Shown: one piece after another, positions 9,528 to 19,863 of the stretch
Layout of the letters: each line of letters starts with the position of its first letter
Position numbering within the stretch: the stretch's first letter is position 1
Source of the DNA: a virus
Taxonomy: Duplodnaviria > Caudoviricetes
IMG/VR virus record: IMGVR_UViG_3300028805_003982
Strand: one strand, 5' to 3'
Length of the DNA: 64,000 bases
Program-made: the position numbers and the translations under genes
Notes under the pieces: model-generated
What the model saw: only the letters and a program-made list of their open reading frames with translations
Databases searched by the model: none
What the model was told of the DNA's origin: nothing

Positions 9528-10472
9528 ATGAAGGTTCGTGATTATCTTTCAAAGATCAAAAGCTGGTATTTAAGGCTTTCTCCCGCGGTTAAGCCGGGCG
9601 TATTCTCCGTTGCTCTCCTCTTCGTTCTTATTATGGTCGTATTTTTGATAATGGCCATAACAGGATGTGATAAAGTAAAGTCTTTTGCATCTGATGTCGA
9701 GTCAGAGGGCAAGAAGATCGTAGATGCAGGAGCTACAGTCGTATCAAAGGTCGAAGAGATCCAAAACGATGCCTCATCTCTGCAAAGCGCTGTTGAATCA
9801 GCAGTTTCTTCCGTCAGTGAAGCTGCTGAAGACATCCTTCCTTCAGATAATACCTGGCCTTCTTACGGTGTCGGACAGTTCGATCTTGACGAGGCTTGGA
9901 ACACCGAGGGTGATATTGTTATCCTCAATGACAATCAGCCTTATTTTTCAGACAGCGACAAGGTCAGAACGGACGCTTTTGAAGAGTATTCCGATCTGGA
10001 TTCCCTTAGCCGCTGCGGAGTTGCTTACGCTAATATCTGCACGGAACTGATGCCAACGGAGAAGAGGGAAGAGATAGGTTCTGTTAAGCCTTCCGGCTGG
10101 CATTCGGTTAAATACCCCGAACAGATCTCTGATAAGTACCTTTATAACAGATGCCATCTTATCGGGTTCCAGCTTGCAGGCGAGAACGCTAATCCCAAGA
10201 ACCTCATAACAGGCACAAGGTATCTTAATGTCACTTTAATGCTTCCTTATGAGAACGCTATAGATGACTTTATCGAAGCTAATCCCGACATGCACGTTTT
10301 ATACAGAGTAACTCCCGTTTTTGACGGTGATGATCTTGTGTGCAAGGGCATCATAATGGAAGGCTGGTCGGTAGAAGATAACGGCGACGGTGTTTGCTTC
10401 TGCATCTTTGAGAAGAACATTCAGCCGGGTATCACGATAGATTATGCAACAGGCGAAAGTCATATTTCATAA
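9528..10472 (+). CDS. Membrane-anchored/lipoprotein DNA/RNA non-specific endonuclease (DNA-entry nuclease type)
   Basis: N-terminal hydrophobic helix ending AITGC; LDSLSRCGVA, PSGWH, YNRCHLIG.QLAGEN, NLITGTRYLN, YRVTP motifs. Confidence 0.88.
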   Translation: MKVRDYLSKIKSWYLRLSPAVKPGVFSVALLFVLIMVVFLIMAITGCDKVKSFASDVESEGKKIVDAGATVVSKVEEIQNDASSLQSAVESAVSSVSEAAEDILPSDNTWPSYGVGQFDLDEAWNTEGDIVILNDNQPYFSDSDKVRTDAFEEYSDLDSLSRCGVAYANICTELMPTEKREEIGSVKPSGWHSVKYPEQISDKYLYNRCHLIGFQLAGENANPKNLITGTRYLNVTLMLPYENAIDDFIEANPDMHVLYRVTPVFDGDDLVCKGIIMEGWSVEDNGDGVCFCIFEKNIQPGITIDYATGESHIS

Positions 10473-10488
10473 CAGGAGGAAATGGATA

Positions 10489-10761
10489 ATGCTGGTTAGA
10501 ACAGATAGTGTAAGGTCTCCCCGGATGGTCAATATGGATAATTGTGATTATCTGTCCGTTGATATGGAGGCGGACGGAGCGGTCATACACGCAAACTTTG
10601 GCGGAGGTAACACAAAGGTTGTTCTTTCCCGCGGATTGGATGCTCGTGAGGCTGCACAGATCTTCGATGTAATATGTGATTGTTGGAGTAATGATGCTCC
10701 TGTTCTTGACATCGAAAACATGCGCCGGAGGATGTTTATTTCACATGACAGAAACTTATAG
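10489..10761 (+). CDS. Hypothetical protein (...HDRNL)
   Basis: AGGAGG RBS; operonic. Confidence 0.7.
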   Translation: MLVRTDSVRSPRMVNMDNCDYLSVDMEADGAVIHANFGGGNTKVVLSRGLDAREAAQIFDVICDCWSNDAPVLDIENMRRRMFISHDRNL

Positions 10762-10770
10762 GAGGCTTAT

Positions 10771-11553
10771 ATGTCTTTAAGTAAAGAAGAGCTGTTTGCC
10801 AAGTGTAAAGATTGGACATTGTTTGACGATGTGCTTCCGCGTAACGTTTTAGACGGAACCCCGTATTTCAAGTTGAGTATCCCCGGTTTTTACCGTTGGG
10901 GTCCCGGCTTTGTCGGTCAGGATGAGTTTCGTAAATTCCGTGCGGTAATGCGGGATTTCAAAGAGAACTTATCAGACATCATTACATCACAGCCTGTCAG
11001 GTTTGTTCCGTATGACAGATTCGGATCTGCTGACAGTATAGTAAAGATAACTGACGAAGAGCAGGTCGTGTATCTGCATCCGATGGAGTTTACCGGGTAT
11101 CTTCCGAAGTCGGATGTCGATAACATCATTTCTTTCATGCAGAGCGCGATAGATAAAGCATTTCCCGACAAACAGTATCAGGTAAGACTGACTGAGTTTT
11201 ACCCGACGGCGTCATTATCTGACGAGGAGTACAGGAAGCTGATAATGAAACATGCAGACGAGATCACGGAAAGGATGATAATCCTTTGTGAATGGTTCTT
11301 GTCCGGTCCCGGTAGCTCCGGTATCAAAGCTTCGAATGTCAGAGCAATTACCGAATGGGATCAAGCGGGTCTATCGTTTATCAAATATGGCGGGCGCATA
11401 CCGCGGAAAGGCGATATTCCGGGGTGTTTAAGCAGCAGCGATCCCGATTGGGCTGTTGTTGAGAAGATCGTTTCCAAGGCGGTGTCAGAAGGTAAGTTTA
11501 ATGACATTATAAATGCCGTAGAAGAACTTACACCAAGGAAAGAAGGGCTGTAA
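10771..11553 (+). CDS. Hypothetical protein, YLHPME motif (...RKEGL)
   Basis: GGAGG RBS; shares motif with 17504-18259. Confidence 0.75.
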   Translation: MSLSKEELFAKCKDWTLFDDVLPRNVLDGTPYFKLSIPGFYRWGPGFVGQDEFRKFRAVMRDFKENLSDIITSQPVRFVPYDRFGSADSIVKITDEEQVVYLHPMEFTGYLPKSDVDNIISFMQSAIDKAFPDKQYQVRLTEFYPTASLSDEEYRKLIMKHADEITERMIILCEWFLSGPGSSGIKASNVRAITEWDQAGLSFIKYGGRIPRKGDIPGCLSSSDPDWAVVEKIVSKAVSEGKFNDIINAVEELTPRKEGL

Positions 11554-11554
11554 G

Positions 11555-11866
11555 ATGATCGTTACCCGAGGTGAGTTTGATAAAACAAAAAAGGTTTACC
11601 GCGTCGAGTTGGCCGAAAAGCGGCAAAGGCAGGTTAACCGGTTCGGGCCGTTAAAGTTTTATAACCTCGAATGTTCGGAGCGGGAATGCCCGCAGTTCAT
11701 CAAAGACTGGTTTACCGATCCTTACATAACGGTAGAAGAAGAAATAGATACACCCGTGCGAAAACTCCGCGTTGGCAGTTACACCATAAATCAGCAGGGG
11801 GAACCCATATATAGATACGTAACCGGGCATTCGCCGGATAAATCGGATAACAACAAGGATCTTTAA
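11555..11866 (+). CDS. Hypothetical protein (...NNKDL)
   Basis: Translationally coupled ORF. Confidence 0.7.
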   Translation: MIVTRGEFDKTKKVYRVELAEKRQRQVNRFGPLKFYNLECSERECPQFIKDWFTDPYITVEEEIDTPVRKLRVGSYTINQQGEPIYRYVTGHSPDKSDNNKDL

Positions 11867-11886
11867 CATAAAGGAGGATTGGGAAA

Positions 11887-12456
11887 ATGAAAGACAAAAC
11901 GGCAATTAGAGTGTTAGATCAGATAGAGTACTATCTTAAGACTCATACTAACGAAAGTTGCGAAGAAGAACACGCGGCTCTTGCCCGTGCAAAAGAGGCT
12001 ATTGAAGAACAAAGACTGACAGGCGAAATCTATGAGTTTAAGGTTAAGTGCACAGAGCCTATGCAGGGCTTGGAAAAAGGAAAGGTATATCCCTGTACTA
12101 CAAAGGATTTCAGGGCATATTCCGTAAAGACAGGTGATGATGGTATTACTTTTGATACTTTCAAGGTCCTGCTTAATCATTTTGAGGTTTATGAAGGCAT
12201 CTCACTGCCTCCCATCCCGCCAGAGCTGGTTGACCATACGCTTGCGGACTCTATATACAGGCATGTGGATGCTAAATATATAAAGGAAGATGTAATATCT
12301 CATGCATCTGATCTGGAGGTGTCTCTCACTTCTGAAGAGGTTAACGAAGTAGCTATCATGTATGCATATGATGGCGAGTATGATTGTAACCTGTCTTACT
12401 GGCAGAACATCGAGAACCTCATTAATGAGGTTGTTGACAGAAGACCTAATCTTTGA
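11887..12456 (+). CDS. Hypothetical protein (...RRPNL)
   Basis: AAGGAGG RBS. Confidence 0.75.
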   Translation: MKDKTAIRVLDQIEYYLKTHTNESCEEEHAALARAKEAIEEQRLTGEIYEFKVKCTEPMQGLEKGKVYPCTTKDFRAYSVKTGDDGITFDTFKVLLNHFEVYEGISLPPIPPELVDHTLADSIYRHVDAKYIKEDVISHASDLEVSLTSEEVNEVAIMYAYDGEYDCNLSYWQNIENLINEVVDRRPNL

Positions 12457-12473
12457 GCTTTGGGGGGTATGAT

Positions 12474-13019
12474 ATGAATGATGTTTTGGCTTGGCTTGGG
12501 ATAGACCGGAGCAGGATCACCAGAATATATAACAGCTGCGAAGAAGTCTTGACGGCTTTGGACCTTGGCGGCGTCCTGAAAGACAGGAGCGCTGACGTAA
12601 GAGCGCGTTTTATCTCTTACGGTCAAAAAGAGACCGTCAGTCTGACAGATGCCTTTATCAGGGCGATTCATAACACGGCACGGCACATTATCATAACAGA
12701 ATATCCTCATCTGAAGTTTGATTCTTGTATAATGGCGGATCTTATGCTCTGTACATTTGCATGTGACAAAGGAAATCTGGGAGAGCTTATCAATGATCTT
12801 GAAAAGGCCCGTCCCGGCACCGTTCATGCCGTGTTAAGTTCGGGTGTTTATGAAGTAGCCGATCAGCAGGCCATCTTATCTTGTGTTGCTTCTGATGAAA
12901 AGGCTTTTGTTAAGTTGCTGGATAAGCATACGGCAGATCCTAATATCCCCGGAAGCGGGGATAAGCTTAAGGTTGCTGTCGAGGATTTTTTGAACGGGTT
13001 AGATGGAAGAGGATTATAA
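12474..13019 (+). CDS. Hypothetical protein (...DGRGL)
   Basis: GGGGGGT RBS before ATG 12474. Confidence 0.7.
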   Translation: MNDVLAWLGIDRSRITRIYNSCEEVLTALDLGGVLKDRSADVRARFISYGQKETVSLTDAFIRAIHNTARHIIITEYPHLKFDSCIMADLMLCTFACDKGNLGELINDLEKARPGTVHAVLSSGVYEVADQQAILSCVASDEKAFVKLLDKHTADPNIPGSGDKLKVAVEDFLNGLDGRGL

Positions 13020-13032
13020 AGGAAGGAAGAAA

Positions 13033-13506
13033 ATGAAAGTACAAAAGACAGTGACAAGTATTATCGATGTAGACCTGGCGTTCGAAGATATCTCTCTACT
13101 TAGCGTAGAAGAAGCTGATTTGATTCCTCAAAGTATAAGAGCCATAGAATGCGGTTCGTGGTTGCGGTCTCCGAGCAAGATTAGTGGCTTCGCGGCTTAC
13201 GTCCACGGCAGTGGTTACGTCGACGAGTTCGGCTTCGACATCGGCAGCTCTGGCGGTGTCCGTCCGGCTTTGTTAGTTCCTAATCTTAAATCTTCTAATC
13301 TTCAAATTGGAGACAAGATTGAAGTCGTCGGTTTCCCCTTTACAGTTGTTAGCGAATCAATACTGTTGTGCGATATAGTGCCTTTTAGGTCCGAATTTGG
13401 AAAAACTAATGATTATGAAACGTCAATTGTTAAAGAGAGCCTCTATAAATGGGCAAAAGATGTCGGAATAGACTTTGAAGGTGTTTCAAAAGAACATGAA
13501 TTGTAA
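13033..13506 (+). CDS. DUF6273-like protein (...KEHEL)
   Basis: WLRSP...AAYV..G.V...GVRPAL motif. Confidence 0.7.
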   Translation: MKVQKTVTSIIDVDLAFEDISLLSVEEADLIPQSIRAIECGSWLRSPSKISGFAAYVHGSGYVDEFGFDIGSSGGVRPALLVPNLKSSNLQIGDKIEVVGFPFTVVSESILLCDIVPFRSEFGKTNDYETSIVKESLYKWAKDVGIDFEGVSKEHEL

Positions 13507-13536
13507 GGCGGGAAGATTGGATAAAGGAGGACAGGC

Positions 13537-14277
13537 GTGATGAAGGAAGTCGAATATGATCAAGTATCTCTGGCGGTGATGGCTTTGGCAGCCAGGTTTG
13601 TCGTTCATAGTGAAGAATTCACTTTAGGTATCGGCATACCCGATATGAACATATTATCTTACGAAGAGTCGGCGCGTTACAAGAAGATGGATCAAATCCC
13701 GGAAGAAAAGCAGGATCTGTTGAAGTTCTGTATTTTTGATAATCAGTTAAGCGGCGGGATGGTTACGGATTATTACAATGAATCCTGGTACCCGTCATTG
13801 GCAGACGTTATATGCAGATTATCTTCGTTTCACGATGAATACTACGTAGCAGACGTTGTCGATCTTCTTCAGGGAATGAAGCCGGAAGATTTTGATGCCC
13901 TTGATTCAGAGAAAGGCGAATGGGTCTCGGCTAAGATCAAGTTGTCCCTTCTTTTGGAGGACGGTGCCTGGAACAGGGCGCTTGAAAAGATCACTCCGAA
14001 AGAACTGATCGGCTGGGGCATGATAACACTCCCTGTTTCTGCCAAGGATCTTGCCGAAGGGAATCTTTCAATGGTGCCCTCATCTTCCACAGAAGACTTA
14101 CTGGCCATTGACAAAGCGTTTAATCTGTTTGGTTCTGCTCTTCAGGAGAAGTATGAAAAACTCGTTTGCGGGGCCAAGACGGATAACATCGATAAGGAGA
14201 TAGAAGAAACGGCTCAGAAGATAATCGAGTTGAAGAACAGGCTTAATGTTCTGGAAGACCGTAAAAGGTCGTTGTGA
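13537..14277 (+). CDS. Hypothetical protein with C-terminal coiled coil (...RKRSL)
   Basis: AAGGAGG RBS. Confidence 0.75.
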   Translation: MMKEVEYDQVSLAVMALAARFVVHSEEFTLGIGIPDMNILSYEESARYKKMDQIPEEKQDLLKFCIFDNQLSGGMVTDYYNESWYPSLADVICRLSSFHDEYYVADVVDLLQGMKPEDFDALDSEKGEWVSAKIKLSLLLEDGAWNRALEKITPKELIGWGMITLPVSAKDLAEGNLSMVPSSSTEDLLAIDKAFNLFGSALQEKYEKLVCGAKTDNIDKEIEETAQKIIELKNRLNVLEDRKRSL

Positions 14278-14309
14278 ATAGTAATACCGTTTATCAAAAG
14301 GAGAATATT

Positions 14310-14768
14310 ATGGATAGAGAAACAAGCAAGGTATTTGTCGATCTTACGAATATAAATGATTCCATGCAGCTTGACAGCGGCACCGTCATCGCCACGGCAG
14401 AAGCATCAGGGAGGATAGCCGAAGCGGTGGTCTGCGGAGATGTTGACATATATTGGTTCCCTGACGGCGACCGGTATAAGGACGGGGAGAATTACACGAG
14501 ACCTTCCGATTTCCCTGATGAACTGAAGGCTGCTTTAGCTGATCCCGGATATAGCATGTTTATCGATCCCCGTGTTGAGGTCATTAATAATAACTGGTTT
14601 GAAGTGTTTATCTACGAATCTGACGGAAACGGCGGAATGGGTAACAACATCTGCTCGTATGTCGCAGAAGACCTTGAAAGGCAGGGCCCGGAGGACTTAA
14701 CAAAATGCCTGGAGGGCTATATCGAGCATTCGATGGAAATTGACGGCTCCGGCATGAGGGGCCTATAA
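14310..14768 (+). CDS. Hypothetical acidic protein (...GMRGL)
   Basis: AAGGAG RBS before ATG 14310. Confidence 0.75.
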   Translation: MDRETSKVFVDLTNINDSMQLDSGTVIATAEASGRIAEAVVCGDVDIYWFPDGDRYKDGENYTRPSDFPDELKAALADPGYSMFIDPRVEVINNNWFEVFIYESDGNGGMGNNICSYVAEDLERQGPEDLTKCLEGYIEHSMEIDGSGMRGL

Positions 14769-14773
14769 GGGTT

Positions 14774-14802
14774 GTTCTAAACAGACCCTTTGACGTTATA
14801 AC
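14774..14802 (+). promoter_or_regulatory. Element-specific promoter (GTTCTA class)
   Basis: GTTCTAAA; 17 bp to TATAAC. The -35 lies in hairpin AAGGGTTGTT/AACAGACCCTT, and the -10 region pairs with AGAGTTAT at the RBS. Confidence 0.6.
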
Positions 14803-14838
14803 TCTTGGTGAATGAATCATACAAACGGGAGAGTTATT

Positions 14839-15450
14839 ATGTCTGAGTTTACCGGTAATAAAGAACAGAATGTCAGATTGTTCTGGGTCGAAAGATCGTT
14901 CCCGGAAGGTTCTTGTGTCGGGTATCTTTATACCTTTGAACAGCTGATGACAACTCTCCGCTATTCGGAGGAAGAACTTAACAGGATGCTTAATAATCTC
15001 GGTGGTGTTCTGTCCGGTGTCTATTGGGGAAATAATAAGTACAGGGCTACAGAGCTCCACAATCTCCGTGAGGTGTACGACAAACTTACCTGGTCTGACT
15101 TTGTCCCGGATCAGGCTCTGACCAAACCCGTTAAAGTCCGTTTTGAATACCCCGAATATGTTGCATCTGAACACAGGGTCTCTTCGTGGATTCCGCATTT
15201 TATCGGTGCGACCGATTTTTGCATGATGAAGACACACGACGAAAATCCCACGGTCTATGAATACTGTAAAAAGCTCGGACTGGATTTTAACGAGACACGG
15301 TATGAGATGCCTAAAGACAAGATTATAGCAAATGTCGTAGCAGACCGCATCCGTGAGGGTGTGTTAAACGAGAATGAATATGCGAGGATCTGCAAAATAG
15401 TCAACAAGCTTGGCAGCGTAGATCCTGATGAGATAAGCATCGGCTTTTGA
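14839..15450 (+). CDS. Hypothetical protein (...ISIGF)
   Basis: GGGAG RBS before ATG 14839. Confidence 0.75.
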   Translation: MSEFTGNKEQNVRLFWVERSFPEGSCVGYLYTFEQLMTTLRYSEEELNRMLNNLGGVLSGVYWGNNKYRATELHNLREVYDKLTWSDFVPDQALTKPVKVRFEYPEYVASEHRVSSWIPHFIGATDFCMMKTHDENPTVYEYCKKLGLDFNETRYEMPKDKIIANVVADRIREGVLNENEYARICKIVNKLGSVDPDEISIGF

Positions 15451-15463
15451 GAGGAGCAGGCAA

Positions 15464-16084
15464 ATGAAACAAAGAGATACAATCGATATTACAAAACCTC
15501 TGGTCGTTAACCTTTTTGCAGGCCCCGGCGCCGGTAAGACCGTTATGGCAATGAGTCTGGTCGTAGAGCTTAAAAAGCAGGGGATTCATGCCGAGTATGT
15601 ATCGGAGGTCGCCAAAGGATGCGTTTACCGTCTTGATAATTACAGGCTCCCGAAAGAAGACGCCAAGGCCGCTGCTGATCTCATATCCGGCAGATTTTAC
15701 GATCAGGTCGAGCTTTTGCAGGAACAGAAGTATCAGCTTGATATCTTTGCAGGCAGCACTCAGGTCGACGTGGTCATCACTGACTCTCCGTTGGTCTTAA
15801 GTGCTGCGTATCTTAAGGATGATGACATGAGACCGGTGTTTGAGGACATGGTCAAGGACGAGTCTCTCAAATATCACAACATCAACTACTTTATACACAG
15901 GAACACGACCGAGTTTGAAGCGGAAGGCAGGATACACAATCTCGCGCAGAGCGTGGAGAAGGATAAAGAGGTAAGGGATCTTCTGAACCGCTTGGGCCAG
16001 AAATATCTTATTGTGAACAGAGAAAACATCGATGCCGTCGTGGACCGGATCGAAAGCGAGATCGGCAGAAGAAAGAGTCTTTGA
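15464..16084 (+). CDS. NadR/AAA_28-like P-loop NTPase (...RRKSL)
   Basis: VVNLFAGPGAGKT Walker A; VVITDSPL; FEAEGRIHN. Confidence 0.8.
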   Translation: MKQRDTIDITKPLVVNLFAGPGAGKTVMAMSLVVELKKQGIHAEYVSEVAKGCVYRLDNYRLPKEDAKAAADLISGRFYDQVELLQEQKYQLDIFAGSTQVDVVITDSPLVLSAAYLKDDDMRPVFEDMVKDESLKYHNINYFIHRNTTEFEAEGRIHNLAQSVEKDKEVRDLLNRLGQKYLIVNRENIDAVVDRIESEIGRRKSL

Positions 16085-16085
16085 C

Positions 16086-16526
16086 ATGGGTATTAACTGG
16101 CGGAACGTAATGAAGAACGAGATGCGGGGTATGGACCCTTATTCCGCTTATGAAAAAGAGAATAAAAGATACCGTCAGGAAGTTCGTGACAGGAACGAGA
16201 AACAGGCGGTACAGAGGCAGAGAAGAAACAGAAACAGTCATACATACGGAGGTGGCGGCATGATAATACCGAACGCAAGACAGGTAGCGATGTTAAAAGA
16301 AACGTACCCCGAAGGTACTAAGATAATCCTTAATCACATGGCAGACGATCCGCATCCCGTTGCGCCGGGCACAAAAGGTGTTGTCGAGAACGTGGATGAT
16401 GCGGGTACGATCCATTGTCTGTTCAACGACGGAAGGCGTCTGGGGATAATTCCCGAAAAAGATGACTTCCGCAAGCTGACAACAGAGGAGATAGCCAGTG
16501 ATGATTATTGGCAGCACCGTTTGTGA
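16086..16526 (+). CDS. DUF4314-domain protein (...WQHRL); possible internal start at 16260
   Basis: YPEGTKI.L..M.DDP.P...GTKG.V..VDDAGTIH..F..G..L...P..D.F motif. Confidence 0.8.
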   Translation: MGINWRNVMKNEMRGMDPYSAYEKENKRYRQEVRDRNEKQAVQRQRRNRNSHTYGGGGMIIPNARQVAMLKETYPEGTKIILNHMADDPHPVAPGTKGVVENVDDAGTIHCLFNDGRRLGIIPEKDDFRKLTTEEIASDDYWQHRL

Positions 16527-16535
16527 GGTGATGAC

Positions 16536-17489
16536 ATGAACAATCAGTTGCATTTAGACGGCATTATAACGGATCTTCGCTGGCTTGTTTTTGATATGGG
16601 TTCCAGTCTGTCAGACGACATATATGCGTTAAAAGAAGAGATCGGCGAGGATAAGATCAAAGAGCGTCTGGGGGATAAGTTCAGCATTGAAGACGATGAA
16701 TCGTTCGCTTTTTACAGGCAGCTTATTGCCATAGCCATAGACGAGCATAAATATGAATACATCAGATCGCTCTTGGATTATTGTTTTAAACCCGACCCGG
16801 AAGACCCCGATGTTTATGTTTTAGACAATACGTATTTTTATATGAACTTGTCGGCGGAATACCTTTCCAGAAATGAAGTGGCATTCGGCTGTTCCGTAGA
16901 AGAGGAATTAAGAGAACTGACAAAGAAATGCGAGAGCTTTTATCCTGAAATGGTTCCTCATATAAAAGAAACCTTGAATACTCTTTTAAGAGTTCCCAAA
17001 TCTCTTGGTTCGTTAGCCTATAACATAGCGCATGAATATTGGCGCATTATCGACAACCCTTATGCAGGCAGCGTGAAGTCCAATGATTTCTGGACTGTAG
17101 GGTGTCCTTCGATAAACCGCGCACATTCCTATATGTATGAGTGCCATCAGGACATCAAGCACGGGGAAGAAACTATCAGGCACTATAATACCGGAAACTA
17201 TACAGAGGCGGTGGAAAACTTTGTAACGGCAAGGTTCTCCGTAAAAGACAAAGAACTTTACGTTGATTTTGTAATAGGTGAAAAGTCCGCGTTAAAAGAC
17301 CCCGCAAGCGATCACTGCATAAGTCTTTCCACATCACCGGAATTCGCGGAAAAACCCGTGCCTGACAGCTCCTATAAGGTCAACAGGGACGGTGACTGTG
17401 TTAAAGAGTTTGCAGATCATTTTTCAGATGCGATCAAAAAGGCCGTAGAGGTGCTGCAGGCTGAAGAAGAAATACGCAACAGCTTATAA
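16536..17489 (+). CDS. Hypothetical protein (...IRNSL)
   Basis: GAGGTG RBS; 317 aa. Confidence 0.8.
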   Translation: MNNQLHLDGIITDLRWLVFDMGSSLSDDIYALKEEIGEDKIKERLGDKFSIEDDESFAFYRQLIAIAIDEHKYEYIRSLLDYCFKPDPEDPDVYVLDNTYFYMNLSAEYLSRNEVAFGCSVEEELRELTKKCESFYPEMVPHIKETLNTLLRVPKSLGSLAYNIAHEYWRIIDNPYAGSVKSNDFWTVGCPSINRAHSYMYECHQDIKHGEETIRHYNTGNYTEAVENFVTARFSVKDKELYVDFVIGEKSALKDPASDHCISLSTSPEFAEKPVPDSSYKVNRDGDCVKEFADHFSDAIKKAVEVLQAEEEIRNSL

Positions 17490-17503
17490 AGGAGGAAGAA
17501 GAT

Positions 17504-18259
17504 ATGCCTTACAAAGATGAAAAGAAACTGGTTGCCGCAGGCTCTGACATCTCAGTAGCTTTGTGGGACTGCGAGTTCTCACCTGATAAGAACTATAAGG
17601 ACACCGAGTATACCAAGATGATCATATCCATCACATCAGATTACAAGTGGGGTGACGGTTGGGCAGACTCAAAGACTTTGGAAAAGTACGGAGATCCGGC
17701 GATCCCTGCCAAAAGGTTCCGTGAAGAGGTAAATAAGATCTTCTCCGACAACGGATGGAAACTGGAGCTTACAAATGAATCGGGCACTTGTGACGTTGCT
17801 TATAAGGGGCTTTCTTCCATTTATATTCATCCCATGGAGCTGTCGGGCGAGGTTCATAAAAATGATGTAAACGAGCTTCTGGATATGTTTAAAATCGGGC
17901 ACGATCTTGCCGAAGGCCGTCCTTCGGAGCCCTATACCAAAAAGAGTTCGCCTTTTGAGACTTTTTCAGTTAACTATGTAAGGCTCCTTAACGACCTTAC
18001 GGGCTTTGGCGAGGCAGAGCTTGTTTCCTATCTTGAAGAACATAGCAGCGAGTTGGAAGCAGAAGTTGTCATCAGGAAAAATGCCGGCAGTATCTTCAGA
18101 CGCCCTGAACTTGCCGAAAAATACGGCATATTCAGCTTCGGGTTAAATCTGTCTCAGATGAATAAAAAGAACGGTATCCATTATGAACAAGGTATGCCTT
18201 TCTTTGATAACGCGGCCAGAGACGTGCTGCATAACATCTCAGACGAACCCGGTTTATAA
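17504..18259 (+). CDS. Hypothetical protein, YIHPME motif (...DEPGL)
   Basis: AAGGAGG RBS; shares motif with 10771-11553. Confidence 0.78.
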   Translation: MPYKDEKKLVAAGSDISVALWDCEFSPDKNYKDTEYTKMIISITSDYKWGDGWADSKTLEKYGDPAIPAKRFREEVNKIFSDNGWKLELTNESGTCDVAYKGLSSIYIHPMELSGEVHKNDVNELLDMFKIGHDLAEGRPSEPYTKKSSPFETFSVNYVRLLNDLTGFGEAELVSYLEEHSSELEAEVVIRKNAGSIFRRPELAEKYGIFSFGLNLSQMNKKNGIHYEQGMPFFDNAARDVLHNISDEPGL

Positions 18260-18281
18260 AACCGTCAAGGAGGGTATTAAT

Positions 18282-18650
18282 ATGAGTCAGTATAAAGCAA
18301 CTGAAATTGATTGGGATTTCGGCATTGATGACGAACTGGTTGATCTTCTTACAGATATCTGCAGTGAAGAGACTATGAGAACGACATTCGGCTGCGGCAG
18401 GGAGGATCTTACACCGGAAGAATACGCTCAGGTCAAGGATGTCGCAAGACATAAGCCCGGGGTCATATGCGACCTTTTAGGTCTGCCTTCGGAAGTAGAG
18501 CTTCCGGATAATATCGTTAATGTCGCGATTGCAAACGGAACGTGTGAAATGATCACCGATTGGCTGTCAGATGAATACGGTACCTGTATCAACGGGTATA
18601 CTCTGCCGGAAGAACTGGAAACCAAGATATATACCGGGAAGGATCTTTGA
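18282..18650 (+). CDS. Hypothetical acidic protein (...TGKDL)
   Basis: AAGGAGG RBS; I.WD...LP.EV.LP...ITDWLSDEYG.C..G pattern seen in MGE small proteins. Confidence 0.75.
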   Translation: MSQYKATEIDWDFGIDDELVDLLTDICSEETMRTTFGCGREDLTPEEYAQVKDVARHKPGVICDLLGLPSEVELPDNIVNVAIANGTCEMITDWLSDEYGTCINGYTLPEELETKIYTGKDL

Positions 18651-18654
18651 TCAT

Positions 18655-19233
18655 ATGAGTCTTTTAAGCCCTGAGTTTTTAAAGACATATCACCTTTCAG
18701 AAAATAAGCTGAAAGAAAATTATGGTCTGACCTCAGAAGAAGTAGAAGACATCAACAGTTCATGGTCAGGGTACGATCTGCTTCACGGGGAGTGTGTTTT
18801 TGTATCACGGGTGCTTTGGCTGACATTTTATCGTCTTGGTATTCCTGCATCTGACATGAGAACGGAACGGGCGCAGCTTACCGAAAGCGAAGGTTCCATC
18901 CTGCACGAGTATCTGGTCATCGACCGGGGCGGCGTGCCTTATTATGCCGATATCAGGGGCGTAACATCAGACTATAAAGAGTTTATGCAGGAGTTTGTTG
19001 ATTGGGAGAAGGATACCTTTGCAATGCAGATAGACATTAACGCTTTACGCCGTGTTACAGGCGTTCCTTATGGGGTGTTGGCCAAAGACGTTGTACGCGA
19101 TATGGAAGAGAGCACTGATACATATCCTGAGCTTAATCTGGCCGAAGACCTTGTTCATCAGCTGCTGGGGGATAAGCAGATTCTGGATATGTTTGTGAAA
19201 GACCTGAATAATTTAACCGAAAAGGAGCTCTAA
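18655..19233 (+). CDS. Hypothetical protein with possible Cys-His-Asp (papain/transglutaminase-like) triad (...TEKEL)
   Basis: HGEC...ILHEY...YADIRG in catalytic order. Confidence 0.55.
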   Translation: MSLLSPEFLKTYHLSENKLKENYGLTSEEVEDINSSWSGYDLLHGECVFVSRVLWLTFYRLGIPASDMRTERAQLTESEGSILHEYLVIDRGGVPYYADIRGVTSDYKEFMQEFVDWEKDTFAMQIDINALRRVTGVPYGVLAKDVVRDMEESTDTYPELNLAEDLVHQLLGDKQILDMFVKDLNNLTEKEL

Positions 19234-19235
19234 AA

Positions 19236-19778
19236 GTGAATAACATTGAGTTTTGCGATATTTTTGAACTGACGCCCGTTTTATCAAATTTGGATAACAG
19301 GGTATACATCATCGACGAAGGCAGCTTATTGCTTCCCGAAAATGACGGGGTGTGGGGAGTAATGACAAAAGAGGAGTTTTCAAAAGATTCCTTCGAGAAC
19401 GTGATCCCTGACCTGTTCATGGAAGGTCATTTAAACTACCTGTTAAACGAGTTTTTGCCTCTGGATCATGATGTTTCTCCAGATGTGATCATCAAGTTGA
19501 AATCAAGCCCGGTTTCACATTGGTCCAAGCTGCTTGATAAAACAGGATATCCTAAGGCGGCAGAGGTTTTGAAGGACTTTTGCGAATATATGAAGGGCAA
19601 TGTAACCCTTTTAACAGAGGACGTGATCGAAGGCCTGCGATCATCTCGTTTTGATGACCGCATAAGTTTATACATCGAGCGCGATCTGGCCGTACGTGAA
19701 CGCGATCATTATGAACATTATTTTAATGGCGGAGACGACATTCTCGATCTTGATGATCCTTTAACAGATCTGTCCTGA
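19236..19778 (+). CDS. Hypothetical protein (...LTDLS)
   Basis: AAGGAG RBS, GTG start. Confidence 0.7.
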   Translation: MNNIEFCDIFELTPVLSNLDNRVYIIDEGSLLLPENDGVWGVMTKEEFSKDSFENVIPDLFMEGHLNYLLNEFLPLDHDVSPDVIIKLKSSPVSHWSKLLDKTGYPKAAEVLKDFCEYMKGNVTLLTEDVIEGLRSSRFDDRISLYIERDLAVRERDHYEHYFNGGDDILDLDDPLTDLS

Positions 19779-19805
19779 CAGTCTCTGATGGCAGGGCCTT
19801 TGTCA

Positions 19806-19834
19806 GTTCTATGGGCAGAAAACGCCGTTATAGT
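19806..19834 (+). promoter_or_regulatory. Element-specific promoter (GTTCTA class)
   Basis: GTTCTA-17 bp-TATAGT, G at -14. Confidence 0.6.
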
Positions 19835-19863
19835 ATAGGCATGATCGATTGGAGGATACTTAT

